NCBI GenBank assembly: GCA_051439425.1 | Contig: JBFRWD010000138.1 | Span: 1 to 64,000, forward strand | DNA: 64,000 nucleotides | From: Synechococcus sp. | GTDB taxonomy: Bacteria > Cyanobacteriota > Cyanobacteriia > Thermostichales > PCC-7336 | Direction: 5' to 3' | In this document: positions 10,258 to 21,062 of the stretch, in pieces | Layout: each line of letters opens with the position of its first letter | How positions within the stretch are numbered: the first letter of the stretch is position 1 | Program-made: the position numbers and the translations under genes | The notes under the pieces: generated by a model | Told to the model about the DNA's origin: nothing | Databases searched by the model: none | What the model saw: only the letters and a program-made list of their open reading frames with translations

Positions 10258-11322
10258 ATGTTAGATGTGAAGAGCGAATCAGCAAACAATATCGCTATGG
10301 CAGGCAGTGTCGATCCCGATCTCGTTCCCATATTGATCGCCACGTATCTGCCGGTAGAAATTTGTGTTTATTACCAAGTTGTTCCCATCAGCATTTCAGG
10401 CTCTCTACTGTTCTTGGGAATGGTGGACGCCAATGATGTCACAGCCTTAGATTACGTCGGCAAAATGTTGGCGTTTTCAGAGTTGAAAATTCAGGTTCAA
10501 ACTCTAACGTTTGAAGAACATCAAGAGCTCGTTGCCTATTACTTCAACAATCCTCCCAGTCCGGCTCAAATCGCTGCCTACAAGCAGTCACTCTCCAGTA
10601 GTGATGACGCCACGGATTTCACTTCGGACGATCCGGAGGCCACGACCGAAACTTTGGCGGACACCAATGCTGCCCAGGTAGAGGAGGACACGGCTGCCAT
10701 ACAGCCAACCCTCAATGACCCCCCATCCGACTCCACTGAATCTGTCCAGCAGTTGCTCAACTCAATTCTTCGGAGGGCCTTGGACGAACAAGCCGATCGC
10801 ATTCTGATCGATGTCAATGATGACGGCTCCTGCCGCGTACGGTATCGTCAGCAGGGGATCTTGAGAGATTTATTTAAAGATTTATCGGACGCCATTCGCA
10901 CCCAGTTAATCGTCAATCTCAAACAAATGCTGGGGATGGAAAAAGGCAATGGAGAATTACAATCTGCAGCAGTTGAAAAAGCCTATCGCGGCCACCCGCT
11001 AGTCCTGCAGCTCAAGATCGTCGTTCATCAAGAGAAAGAGCGGGCAATCCTCAACATCCTGCAGGGGGATGCACTCGGCAAGTATCAACTCGAACAAAAC
11101 AAACGGCGAGTGACGGAAACCCTTGCAGCGATCGAACTGGCTCAACAAGAGTTGGACAACTTGTACGAAACCTTCAACGAAACCGTAGAGAAAGTACAGC
11201 GTTACTCGGGAACCATCCAGCCCGAGTGGAGCGAAGTTGCACCCACGCTGGAAGCCCTGATGCAGCGGGCACGCCAAATTCGTCAACTTCAAAAAGCGTG
11301 GGTGGATATGCAAAAGTCATAA
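10258..11322 (+). CDS. GspE/PilB N-terminal-domain protein without an ATPase domain
   Basis: CVYYQVVPI...LFLGMVDAND (T2SSE N domain) and LLNSILRRALDEQADRILID...RVRYRQQGILR (N2 domain); no Walker A; helical C-terminus. Confidence 0.7.
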   Translation: MLDVKSESANNIAMAGSVDPDLVPILIATYLPVEICVYYQVVPISISGSLLFLGMVDANDVTALDYVGKMLAFSELKIQVQTLTFEEHQELVAYYFNNPPSPAQIAAYKQSLSSSDDATDFTSDDPEATTETLADTNAAQVEEDTAAIQPTLNDPPSDSTESVQQLLNSILRRALDEQADRILIDVNDDGSCRVRYRQQGILRDLFKDLSDAIRTQLIVNLKQMLGMEKGNGELQSAAVEKAYRGHPLVLQLKIVVHQEKERAILNILQGDALGKYQLEQNKRRVTETLAAIELAQQELDNLYETFNETVEKVQRYSGTIQPEWSEVAPTLEALMQRARQIRQLQKAWVDMQKS

Positions 11323-11445
11323 CGCTTGGGCTGAAATCGACTCAGCATCCGTTTCGGTTTTTGTAACTGAATCTCGTCAACCTGAAATTCCCCTCATACT
11401 GACCTCACTGTTTGTGGCGTGTTGTCTGCCACGTGAGGGCTCATC

Positions 11446-12327
11446 GTGTTGAAAGATGCCAGGTTTTATCAGATTGGATTTCTGAGTATTTTTCTTGGAT
11501 TTGGAGTACTGGGCCGAGATTGGTCGTTGCAACCGCAGGGGATGCTAGCTGCGATCACGGCCTGTCTCCTCACCCAAGTCTTACTCGTCTTGCTGTTGCC
11601 GCCGCCTCCCCATAGCCCAATCCCTCGCTGGCAATATGCACTCACATCATTGCCCAGTGCGGCCATCACGTCTCTATCCCTCTGCTTGCTATTACGGGCC
11701 AACCATCCCCTCACCATGGCATTGGCTGGAAGCGCAGCGATCGCCAGTAAATTTTGGCTCAAATCCCCTCTGAGCAAGCATTTTTTCAATCCCGCTAATT
11801 TCGGCATCATGACCGCTCTGATGTTCACGCGCGATGCCTGGGTATCCCCCGGTCAGTGGGGAACCGAATGGTGGGCCGTGCTCCTGTTTGCTTGTTTTGG
11901 GGGAACAATTGCCGGTCGAGTCGGACGATGGGACACGTCAGCTCCGTTTTTAGGCACGTTCGCCCTCCTAGAAATGGGTCGCAATGCCTGGCTGGGATGG
12001 AGCTGGGATGTGGTGTTGCATCACCTCACTAGCGGATCTCTGCTTTTGTTCGCATTTTTCATGCTCACCGATCCGCGATCGATCCCCAATGCAAGGCTAG
12101 CCCGAATGATTTGGGCCATCGCAATCGCGCTATTCACCTTTGGCTTGCGCTACGCCTTTTTTGTACCGGCTCCCATGTTTTGGGCGCTCTTTATTCTGTC
12201 TCCTGCCACGCTGTGGCTCGATCGCCTGTGGCTGGAACAGCGATTTCAATGGTGCACCACAAATGCGCAAGCCTCCGCAAAGAAGAGTATTAACTCGTGG
12301 TTAACCCTGCCGCAAGCTCAACCGTGA
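11446..12327 (+). CDS. RnfD/NqrB-like integral membrane protein
   Basis: AIASKF, KHFFNPANFG, WVSPGQWG, LFAFFMLTDPRS; multiple hydrophobic helices. Confidence 0.85.
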   Translation: MLKDARFYQIGFLSIFLGFGVLGRDWSLQPQGMLAAITACLLTQVLLVLLLPPPPHSPIPRWQYALTSLPSAAITSLSLCLLLRANHPLTMALAGSAAIASKFWLKSPLSKHFFNPANFGIMTALMFTRDAWVSPGQWGTEWWAVLLFACFGGTIAGRVGRWDTSAPFLGTFALLEMGRNAWLGWSWDVVLHHLTSGSLLLFAFFMLTDPRSIPNARLARMIWAIAIALFTFGLRYAFFVPAPMFWALFILSPATLWLDRLWLEQRFQWCTTNAQASAKKSINSWLTLPQAQP

Positions 12328-12387
12328 GCCCTGCAACTAGTCTTTCCAACCACCCTTTTCGAACAGGTCTACGCAATAGGTAATCTG

Positions 12388-13701
12388 ATGAATGCACTGA
12401 AACGGCTCGTAACAGCCACCCTTGCAGTGGCGATCGTCCTTGGTTTTGGCAGTGCTGCTAACGCCTTCTGCGGCTTTTATGTCGGCAAAGCGGATGCAGA
12501 TTTATTTAATGAAGCTTCGCAGGTGATTTTGGCACGAGATGCCGATCGCACGGTTATCACGATGGCCAACGACTATCAAGGGGATTTGGATGAGTTCGCG
12601 ATGGTAATCCCCGTTCCCACAGTGCTTGAGGAGGGTCAAATCAATGTGGGAGATTCCTCCATCATCGACCGCCTAGATGCATTTACAGCTCCTCGGCTTG
12701 TGGAGTACTTCGATCCCGACCCTTGTGAAGCAAGGTGGGACTATCGCGATCGAGCAGTATTAGAATCAGCCGAAGTCCCCTTACCTCAAGCGGCAAGGTC
12801 CTCGGCCGACAATGCACTGGGTGTCACAGTGGAAGCAGAATATTCCATCGGGGAATATGACATTCAGATTTTGAGTGCGACCGAATCGAATGGATTGGAA
12901 ACCTGGCTCACCCAGAACGGGTATCGCATTCCTGAAAATGCCTCTCCACTACTGCAGCCCTATATCCGCCAGGGCATGAAATTCTTCGTGGCCAAGGTCA
13001 ATCTAGAAGCATTCGATCGAACCGGCGCCGAATTCCTGCGTCCCCTCCAAATTGCCTACGAATCCTCCAAATTCATGTTGCCGATTCGCTTGGGTATGAC
13101 TAATGCCAACGGCGATCAAGATTTGATTGTTTATGCCCTCTCCCCACGCGGGCAGGTAGAGCTCACAAACTATCGCACCGTCCAAATTCCCTCCAACGAG
13201 ACGATCCCCGTATTTGTAGAATCGGAATTCGATCAGTTTTACACCAGTCTCTTTGAAACAGCACACGCCAAAGACGAAGCCGTCGTCTTTCAAGAATATG
13301 CTTGGGATATTCGCAGTTGCGACCCCTGTTCAACCACTCCCCCATCTGCAGAAGAGTTACTTAAAGCAGGCGTATTCTGGGTATCTCCAAACGAATCTCC
13401 CGATGCCTTCGTCACCCGCTTGCATATTCGCTACAACCGCAGCACCTTCCCTGAGGATTTGATATTTCAAGAAACCAGCAACCGTCAAAACTTCCAAGGT
13501 CGCTACATCCTCCAACATCCCTTTGAAGGGTCAGCCAATTGTCCTGCAGGACGAGACTATACAGCTGGCTTGCCCGGGCGATTTGAAGCTGAGGCTCAAA
13601 CTCTCGCTCGTCTAACTGGCTGGGATATTGCTGACATCCGCGCCAAGCTACCGGACATCATTCCAATGGAACCTGCCAACTGGTGGGAGCAGCTGTGGTA
13701 A
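12388..13701 (+). CDS. DUF2330-family secreted protein
   Basis: Signal peptide, then AFCGFYV, RLVEYFDPDPC, FFVAKVNL, LRPLQIAYES, EYAWD..CDPC, TRLHIRY. Confidence 0.85.
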   Translation: MNALKRLVTATLAVAIVLGFGSAANAFCGFYVGKADADLFNEASQVILARDADRTVITMANDYQGDLDEFAMVIPVPTVLEEGQINVGDSSIIDRLDAFTAPRLVEYFDPDPCEARWDYRDRAVLESAEVPLPQAARSSADNALGVTVEAEYSIGEYDIQILSATESNGLETWLTQNGYRIPENASPLLQPYIRQGMKFFVAKVNLEAFDRTGAEFLRPLQIAYESSKFMLPIRLGMTNANGDQDLIVYALSPRGQVELTNYRTVQIPSNETIPVFVESEFDQFYTSLFETAHAKDEAVVFQEYAWDIRSCDPCSTTPPSAEELLKAGVFWVSPNESPDAFVTRLHIRYNRSTFPEDLIFQETSNRQNFQGRYILQHPFEGSANCPAGRDYTAGLPGRFEAEAQTLARLTGWDIADIRAKLPDIIPMEPANWWEQLW

Positions 13702-13858
13702 GCATCGCTTGAATCATGTAAGCAGAAAGAGACTTGGAGTAGTTTCCATAGCCTCTGACCTTCTCTCGACCGTGCCTACCAGGACGTACGGAGTTATCGA
13801 TTTAGCCGACCGATCGCATCTCCCTCGCCAACCTGACAAACCAGCCATTGCTCGCGTG

Positions 13859-14635
13859 CTATCTCGATCCGTTCAAACAAGCATTGATAAAGAAGATGGT
13901 CTGTCGCTTGACCCATCCCTTAGATTCAGCCACCTCCGCAAATGACACCCCCGCAATGTGGCTGGCCTGATGCAACTCGGCAACTTGCTCAGCCGTCAGC
14001 AAACCTGCCAGTTGTAGGTAGTAGTCGATCGATCGCTTTTGCGGCTGGCTAGATAGTTGAGAAAGAATAGTCTCAAAAAAACGAACGGTTTCTGCAGCAA
14101 TCCACTGTTTCTTCAGAAGAATTTCGATAGCAGTGCTGCCATCTCGACGGGTGAGTTGTTCCATCCGAGCAATTTCAAGCTGGTGATGCGAAACAAGTTC
14201 GCACGCTCGCAGCTTCTTCTCCAACGGCAGAGCCAGGAGAGTGCGAGCCTCCTCTCTCACAGCTTGTCGAATACGGCGAATCTCTGTGTTGGGCTCGGGG
14301 TCAACGACAGGGTCAACAAGGCGACGGCTCTTGACTGCCTTCGATCGCGAGGGTGACTGAGACACCTGTTTAGATCTGGCGACCTGGCGAGCCATTTTTT
14401 GTTGCATCAACCGTTGACGCTTGCGCTGTTCGTAGGCAGCATGCCATGTGGCAATTGTCTCTGCTGCTCTTTCTTCAGTAAACCCATCCACTCTCATCAA
14501 AGCCGCTTTAGCTTCGTACTGGCGTAACTTGCGAGGCATACTCACACGCTCGGTATAGAACCGATGAATACTCCGCACTTCTGCTTGGATGCGAGCCTGT
14601 TGGAGTTCGGATGATTGCCGATAAAAAAGACGCAT
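13859..14635 (-). CDS. Hypothetical protein with a C-terminal MshEN-like motif
   Basis: C-terminus IDYYLQLAGLLTAEQV...FAEVAESKGWVKRQT resembles the cyanobacterial MshEN-like repeat. Confidence 0.6.
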   Translation of the reverse strand: MRLFYRQSSELQQARIQAEVRSIHRFYTERVSMPRKLRQYEAKAALMRVDGFTEERAAETIATWHAAYEQRKRQRLMQQKMARQVARSKQVSQSPSRSKAVKSRRLVDPVVDPEPNTEIRRIRQAVREEARTLLALPLEKKLRACELVSHHQLEIARMEQLTRRDGSTAIEILLKKQWIAAETVRFFETILSQLSSQPQKRSIDYYLQLAGLLTAEQVAELHQASHIAGVSFAEVAESKGWVKRQTIFFINACLNGSR

Positions 14636-15090
14636 AATTTACACCAGGAGGAGGAATGAGACGTACGTAGATGTGCGATCGAGACAGAGTAAGCCAATCC
14701 TGCAATATCAGCGCAACCAGCCAACTTCACCCATCCTGATTGCAATGGCTGTCTCTAACGCTTAAAACCACCAAGAAGTATAAATTCAATCTAGACATAT
14801 ATGAAGTTTTTGTGAAGCAGAGGATTTCAGGATATGTGTATTACTCTCGAGTAATTTCAGTGTTTTCTCGGTTTTGTAGGGATATTGAGAGGATTTTAGC
14901 TTGCGTGGATTGTCCCCAACCTAAGCTAGAGGGAGGCCATCACGTCTAGCGGTGCCATTGCTTTATAAAGATGCGGCTAACCTCAGCTCCCAACCAGGCA
15001 TGCTGAAGTCAGCTCACAAGCGACTTTCATCCTCTCTTCCTGGGTATTGAAAACACTGTAAACGACCCCCCAGTAAGCCCTGAAAAACCC

Positions 15091-15123
15091 AAAAAAGAAA
15101 GCACCGATGAAACGGCGCTCTTC
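15091..15123 (-). terminator. Intrinsic terminator after serA
   Basis: Minus strand reads GAAGAGCGCCG-tttcat-CGGTGCTTTC followed by TTTTTT. Confidence 0.7.
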
Positions 15124-15148
15124 AAGACACAATCGCTAATCGCTGAGC

Positions 15149-16729
15149 TTAGGTCGAAATGGTGTAGGCATCGCGAATGCCAGCTTCCTTGCGAATTTCT
15201 TCAATCAGTCCTTCAGGCAGCGGGTCGTCCAGGCTGAGAATCATTACCGCATCACCACGAACAATCTTGCGACCTAGGTGCATGCTGGCGATATTGACGT
15301 TGTAAGACCCCAGCAAAGAGCCAATCTTGCCAATCATGCCAGGCATGTCTCGGTGTAACGTCATTAGCATGTTATTGGCGGGTGGGACATTAATCGGATA
15401 CTCGTCAATACTGGTAATACGCATTTCGGACTGATCCAAGAGAGCGCCCATAATGGAACGCTTGCCATTGCTGCCGTGAGCAGTGAGCTGCAAGGATGCC
15501 GTGTAGTCGCGAGTTGCCGCATCCCGAGTTTCTACCACGCGGATACCGCGCTCTTTTGCCTCAATCGACGCATTGACGTAGTTGACGCGTTCTCGCAAAG
15601 CGAGGGAAAGCAGTCCTTTAAGGGCGCCGACGATAATCGGCTGCGAGTCCTTCTCGGCTAATTCGCCTTGCAAGCGAATATCGAGCTGGGTGATGCGATC
15701 GCCTGCCAGTTGGGCCACCATGCTTCCCAAACGCTCGGCCATCGCCAGGTAGGGCTGCAACTCTTGCAAGGCCTCCGGCATTAGACCGGGGATGTTGACA
15801 GCAGAGCGAGCCGGTAATCCCAGCAATACATCACGAATTTGCTCGGCAACGTCAATTGCCACATTCGCCTGCGCTTCTTCAGTGGAAGCCCCAAGGTGTG
15901 GAGTCAGCACAATTTCTTGACCCAACCCCCATAGCGGAGACTCGGGCATGGGCTCACTATCAAACACATCCAACGCCGCTCCAGCAATCTCACCCGCGTT
16001 GAGGGCTTCATAGAGTGCAGCTTCATCGATTAAGCCTCCCCGAGCACAGTTAACGATGCGCGCCGTCGGCTTCATCTTTTTGAAGGTCTCAGCATTAAAT
16101 AGGTTAACTGTATCGGGGGTTTTGGGAATGTGCAGCGAAATAAAATCCGCTTCCCGAATCAGTGTGTCAAAATCCACCAGTCGGGCCCCTAATTTCTGTG
16201 CCCGTTCATCGGAGAGATACGGATCGAACGCCAAGATTTTCATTCCCATTGCCCGAGCCACTTGGGCCACATGAGAGCCAATCTTGCCAAGACCAACAAC
16301 CCCTAAGTTTTTCTTGTAAACCTCAACACCAATAAACTTCTTGCGCTCCCATTTCCCTGCTTGAACGGAAGCATTGGCCTGGGGGGTGTGGCGAGACAGA
16401 CTGAGCATCAGGGCGACAGCATGTTCGGCAGCGGCAATGGTATTGCCTTCAGGGGAATTCACCACCACAATGCCTGCTCGGGTTGCGGCAGGAATATCGA
16501 CGTTATCGACACCAACTCCGGCACGACCAACTATCTTGAGGCTTTGCCCTGCTTCAATGACCTCTTTAGTCACTTGAGTGCCCGAGCGAATCATGATGGC
16601 ATCGTATTCGGGTATCACAGCCACCAACTCTTCGGGAGAAAGCTTGAGTTTGACATCGACCTGAGCGACTTGCGACAGGATATCAATGCCTGCGGGATCG
16701 ATGGAGTCGGTGACAATTACTTTTGGCAT
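15149..16729 (-). CDS. serA: D-3-phosphoglycerate dehydrogenase
   Basis: GRAGVGVDNVD, GLGKIG, NCARGG, TPHLGASTEEAQ, C-terminal ACT domain. Confidence 0.98.
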   Translation of the reverse strand: MPKVIVTDSIDPAGIDILSQVAQVDVKLKLSPEELVAVIPEYDAIMIRSGTQVTKEVIEAGQSLKIVGRAGVGVDNVDIPAATRAGIVVVNSPEGNTIAAAEHAVALMLSLSRHTPQANASVQAGKWERKKFIGVEVYKKNLGVVGLGKIGSHVAQVARAMGMKILAFDPYLSDERAQKLGARLVDFDTLIREADFISLHIPKTPDTVNLFNAETFKKMKPTARIVNCARGGLIDEAALYEALNAGEIAGAALDVFDSEPMPESPLWGLGQEIVLTPHLGASTEEAQANVAIDVAEQIRDVLLGLPARSAVNIPGLMPEALQELQPYLAMAERLGSMVAQLAGDRITQLDIRLQGELAEKDSQPIIVGALKGLLSLALRERVNYVNASIEAKERGIRVVETRDAATRDYTASLQLTAHGSNGKRSIMGALLDQSEMRITSIDEYPINVPPANNMLMTLHRDMPGMIGKIGSLLGSYNVNIASMHLGRKIVRGDAVMILSLDDPLPEGLIEEIRKEAGIRDAYTIST

Positions 16730-17077
16730 GCTGCTACTCAACTAGTGAAACGCGTGAACCAGGGGTCACCAGAGGGCATGGGCGTACGGAGCCGCAAGCT
16801 CGAAAACCTGCCATACAGTTCAATAGCAAGGCGATCGCGCGACAAGACACCACGTCACGCCAACCGGCACCATAATTTATCACGCAAGCTGCACGCTACT
16901 GCGCAGAATTTAGTCTTTACTTTGCTCCCCGTCACTGTGCAGTGTGACAGGTGACAAAGTCGGGGAAAAGTTTGCCAGTGATGCTTACAACCAGTCACAA
17001 CCAGCCCGATCTTTGTGTCCACCAATACTCCTTCAAGTCACGCGGCAGTCTGCCAAGCAACAAAAATGCGCTAACCG

Positions 17078-18055
17078 TTACTGAGGGGAAACGATCAAGT
17101 CAACACGGCGATTGCGCTGCCGTCCCTCTTCCGTCTCGTTGTCTGCCACCGGAGCGGCCTCACCATACCCTGTTGATGTCCATCGGTACCCTTGACCGTT
17201 GTCCGGTAACACCTCCCTCAAAAATTCCTGCACAGCTGTAGCGCGCTCCACCGATAGGACTAAGTTGTAGTCCGTGCTACCCACATCATCGGTGTGGCCG
17301 GCGACTTGAATGTGGGAATAAGGCATAGACTCTAAAATTCCTGCCACTTGCTCCAACAAAGTGGCAGCTTCAGGCCGAATTTCCGAACGACTAAAGTCAA
17401 ACAGTACGTCCCCTGGCAAGCTGATAGTCTGAGTCCCCAGACTGAGTTGCGGCGGGGGAGGCCCGTCAAAGAAGGAACTGGCAGGTGAACTGGAGTCCAG
17501 GGAAGGTGTGGACTCATTGGCCGTAACCGAACTTGAGTCGGCTGAATGTGAGTCAGGTGATTCTGAATTTGTAGGATTCAAGTCCGGTGAGTTGGGAGCC
17601 AGAGCATTCCCACCCTCTAATCGAGCTTCAAGGTCCTCCAATCGGTTGAGCAGTTGCAATAACTCGCGGCGAATCGCTCGAATTTCTGCTTCGGGGTCAG
17701 CATTCGAGCGATCGCCCAAGGGTCGGGGAGTAACCGGAGAAAATTGCGGTTGTGGGGATGTTTGGGAAACAGGGGTCTGAGAGCTGGAGGCCTGCTCTTC
17801 ATGTGGTGTCACCTCCTCTCCACTCTCTGGGGGAGATAGTACGCGATCGCCAGAGCCAGACTCGGAACGACCATCTTCATCAGTAGGAGCAGATTGCCTG
17901 GAAGTCTGAGCAACTCCATCCATTGCTTGGATTGCAGTCTCAGAATGTTTAACCTCTGGCAACGAGGTTGCCGGTGAGGAAGTCCACGCCACACCTGCCC
18001 CAATACCGGCGGCCAATCCCACTGTTATCACTGCAGCTTTTGTCCAGTGGCTCAC
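17078..18055 (-). CDS. OmpA/MotB-family peptidoglycan-binding protein with an N-terminal anchor and Ser/Pro-rich linker
   Basis: LPGDVLFDF, GHTDDVGSTDYNLVLSVERA, GYGEAAPVADN, RQRNRRV. Confidence 0.9.
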   Translation of the reverse strand: MSHWTKAAVITVGLAAGIGAGVAWTSSPATSLPEVKHSETAIQAMDGVAQTSRQSAPTDEDGRSESGSGDRVLSPPESGEEVTPHEEQASSSQTPVSQTSPQPQFSPVTPRPLGDRSNADPEAEIRAIRRELLQLLNRLEDLEARLEGGNALAPNSPDLNPTNSESPDSHSADSSSVTANESTPSLDSSSPASSFFDGPPPPQLSLGTQTISLPGDVLFDFSRSEIRPEAATLLEQVAGILESMPYSHIQVAGHTDDVGSTDYNLVLSVERATAVQEFLREVLPDNGQGYRWTSTGYGEAAPVADNETEEGRQRNRRVDLIVSPQ

Positions 18056-18130
18056 AATCTTATTCCCTCACTAGCCTGCCGGTTGGCTCGCACCTATATT
18101 AGCCAGCAGCTCATGCAAAACAAGAGCAGA

Positions 18131-18931
18131 TTATGCGGTGAACAGTTCGGTTGTGCGCACTGCCGTTAACTCGCTGACTGCCTGCAAGACAATGTCGGCC
18201 CCGCGATCACCCATCATGGCAGCATGTTCCGCCTGCCGCTCAGGTTCCTCCCACAAGTGAGGGGGGACAACCCCAACAGCTTTCCACTGGCGTCCTGGAC
18301 ATTGCCCTCTAGCATTCTGGAGCGCTTGCATATCGCTGGAGGTATCTCCGCAATAGACCACCCCCTGAATTGCTCTCCCGACTGCTTGTTCCAATTGGTC
18401 GACCACCGACAACAAGCCTGTTGGGTCTGGTTTCTCTGGCCCATCTTCCATGGCGTGCAATATCGGGGCGGTCAATTGCAGTCTTCGGGTCAAGATGTAA
18501 TGGGCCGAACCTCGGGTGGCACCGCTGAAGAACCCCCAAAGAACTCCCCCTTGGGTCAGTCGCTCGAAATAATCAGGGTCCACTAGAAGCGGTTCATCAT
18601 TGATGTAGCCGTTCCAATCATTCGGGTTATCCCCCTTTCCGCGATAGCGACTTTGGAAAAAAGCCACCATCTCATCGAAATCGAGCGTTAGGGATGAGCG
18701 ATCGCCCTTCTTCCGCTCCCATGCGCGAGCAATCAGCTCCCGCGACCCTTCCCAATCGTTATTCCACAGGCCTTCCCGCTTGAGTTCGTCTATCTCGAAA
18801 TTGGACGGTCGCCAAGCCTCGTTCAATAAGCGGCCCGTGTAAGTCTCGACAGTGTCCGCCAAAGCGCGTCGATACGAATTACCGACATCGCGAATCACAC
18901 CATCAATGTCGAATACTACTGCGTAGGTCAT
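18131..18931 (-). CDS. HAD-superfamily hydrolase (TIGR01548-like)
   Basis: VFDIDGVIRDV, WNNDW, FFSGATRGSA, KPDPTGL, YCGDTSSD. Confidence 0.9.
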   Translation of the reverse strand: MTYAVVFDIDGVIRDVGNSYRRALADTVETYTGRLLNEAWRPSNFEIDELKREGLWNNDWEGSRELIARAWERKKGDRSSLTLDFDEMVAFFQSRYRGKGDNPNDWNGYINDEPLLVDPDYFERLTQGGVLWGFFSGATRGSAHYILTRRLQLTAPILHAMEDGPEKPDPTGLLSVVDQLEQAVGRAIQGVVYCGDTSSDMQALQNARGQCPGRQWKAVGVVPPHLWEEPERQAEHAAMMGDRGADIVLQAVSELTAVRTTELFTA

Positions 18932-18984
18932 GGGCTATTGAGATTAGGGAGACAGGCTGTTCCCCAGAGTACGGGATGATAGCC

Positions 18985-19012
18985 AAAAAAAGCTCTCCCG
19001 AATTGGGAGAGC
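18985..19012 (-). terminator. Intrinsic terminator after tkt
   Basis: GCTCTCCC / GGGAGAGC perfect stem followed by T7 on the minus strand. Confidence 0.85.
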
Positions 19013-19067
19013 GCTGTCATTACGGAGCTAAGCGCTCGCAACAATCGTGCGAGCAACAGGCTAGAAC

Positions 19068-21062
19068 TTACACCAACAGACCGCGAGCGGTGTCGCAAAT
19101 GTTCTCAACCGTGAACCCAAACTTCTCCATGCAAACGCCGCCGGGAGCAGACGCACCGAAACGATCCATACCGATGACAGCACCTTCAGTACCGGCATAC
19201 TTGTACCAACCACCGGTAACACCGGCCTCAATAGTCACGCGTTTGGTGACGGAGGGAGGCAGGATAGAGTCGCGGTATTCCTTAGGCTGAGCATCAAACA
19301 CATCGCAAGAGGGCATAGAGACAACGCGCACTGCTTTGCCTTCGCTTGCCAAAACGCCAGCAGCCTCGACAGCCAGAGCCACTTCAGAACCCGTTGCAAT
19401 CAGAATCACCTCAGGATTGTCAGCATCAACGACGGTATAACCACCCTTCATGGTGCCTTCAACCGAGGTACCTTCCAGATTCTTTAGGCCCTGACGGGAG
19501 AAGGCAAATAGCGAAGGAGTCTTGGTTTGTTTAATTGCAGACTTGTAAGCCCCCACCGTCTCTTTCACGTCAGCCGGACGGAAGCAATGCAGGTTGGGGA
19601 TGAGGCGCAGAGATGCGATCGTCTCCACCGGCTGGTGGGTAGGGCCGTCTTCGCCCAGTGCAACAGAATCGTGGGTCATGACGTACAGCACCCGGGCTTC
19701 AGAGAGAGCTGACAGACGAATGGCTGCTCGCATGTAATCAGTGAAGATCAAGAAAGTGGCGCAGTAGGGCAACAAACCACCATGCAGAACCATGCCGTTT
19801 ACAACGGCACCCATACCGTGCTCGCGAACGCCGAAGTGGAAGTTACGGCCTTCGTAGGAGCCCTTATCAAAATAGGGCTCGTTCTTGATTTCAGTCATGT
19901 TGGAGTGGTTCAAGTCAGCCGAACCGCCAACTAATTCGGGCAATGCTGGAGACAGTGCGTTCAGGGCAGAACCAGACAGCTTACGAGTGGAATTTTCTTG
20001 GTCGAGGATGGTTTCCAACGCTGCTTCCCAACCGTCGGGCAGTTCGCCAGACATCATGCGCTCGTACTCGGCAGCTTCAGAAGGGTATGCGGCCTTATAA
20101 GCGGCAAAGCTCTCGTTCCAGCTTGACTCCAGCTTACCCCCCTTATCCACAGCAGCACGGAAGTGGCTGAGAACATCGTCGGGAACGTGGAACGCAGGCT
20201 CGGCGGGGTAACCTAACCCTTGCTTAGTCAGAGCAATTTCATCTGGGCCCAAAGGAGCACCGTGAACACCACAAGTACCGGACTTGTTGGGGGAACCGTA
20301 ACCAATGGTAGTGGTAATGACAATAAAGGAGGGCTTATCAGTGACCGACTTCGCTTCGGCGATCGCTTTCTCAATTGCATCTAGATCGGTATCGCCATCG
20401 TTAACGTAAGTGACGTGCCAGCCGTAAGCTTCATAGCGCTTGCCAACGTCTTCGGTGAAGGCGATATCGGTGCTGCCTTCAATAGAAATGCTGTTGCTGT
20501 CGTACAGAACGATCAGCTTGCCCAAGCCCATGTGACCGGCCATGGAAGCCGCTTCACCAGACACCCCTTCCATATTGCAGCCATCGCCCGCAATCACATA
20601 GGTGTAGTGGTCGACGATGGTGTGACCGGGCTTATTAAAGCGCGCCGCCAGGTGAGCTTCCGCAATCGCCAGACCGACACCATTACCAATCCCCTGCCCC
20701 AAAGGACCGGTGGTCACTTCCACGCCAGGGGTTTCAAAGTTCTCGGGGTGACCGGGGGTCTTGCTACCCCACTGACGGAAATTCTTGAGGTCGTCTAGAG
20801 AGACATCGTAACCAGTCAGGTACAACAGGGCGTATTGCAGCATGCAACCGTGGCCGGCAGACAGGACGAAGCGATCGCGGTTGCTCCAGTCAGGGTTCTT
20901 GGGGTTGAACTTCATAAAGTTCTTCCACAGAACGTATGCCATGGGAGCAGCCCCCATCGGCAAGCCGGGGTGACCGGAATTGGCTTTCTGCACGGCATCT
21001 ACCGCTAAAAACCGAATGGAGTTAACGGCAAGTTCCTGCAAGGATTGTGTAGCTACTGTCAT
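19068..21062 (-). CDS. tkt: Transketolase
   Basis: [50 protein letters not shown]. Confidence 0.99.
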   Translation of the reverse strand: MTVATQSLQELAVNSIRFLAVDAVQKANSGHPGLPMGAAPMAYVLWKNFMKFNPKNPDWSNRDRFVLSAGHGCMLQYALLYLTGYDVSLDDLKNFRQWGSKTPGHPENFETPGVEVTTGPLGQGIGNGVGLAIAEAHLAARFNKPGHTIVDHYTYVIAGDGCNMEGVSGEAASMAGHMGLGKLIVLYDSNSISIEGSTDIAFTEDVGKRYEAYGWHVTYVNDGDTDLDAIEKAIAEAKSVTDKPSFIVITTTIGYGSPNKSGTCGVHGAPLGPDEIALTKQGLGYPAEPAFHVPDDVLSHFRAAVDKGGKLESSWNESFAAYKAAYPSEAAEYERMMSGELPDGWEAALETILDQENSTRKLSGSALNALSPALPELVGGSADLNHSNMTEIKNEPYFDKGSYEGRNFHFGVREHGMGAVVNGMVLHGGLLPYCATFLIFTDYMRAAIRLSALSEARVLYVMTHDSVALGEDGPTHQPVETIASLRLIPNLHCFRPADVKETVGAYKSAIKQTKTPSLFAFSRQGLKNLEGTSVEGTMKGGYTVVDADNPEVILIATGSEVALAVEAAGVLASEGKAVRVVSMPSCDVFDAQPKEYRDSILPPSVTKRVTIEAGVTGGWYKYAGTEGAVIGMDRFGASAPGGVCMEKFGFTVENICDTARGLLV

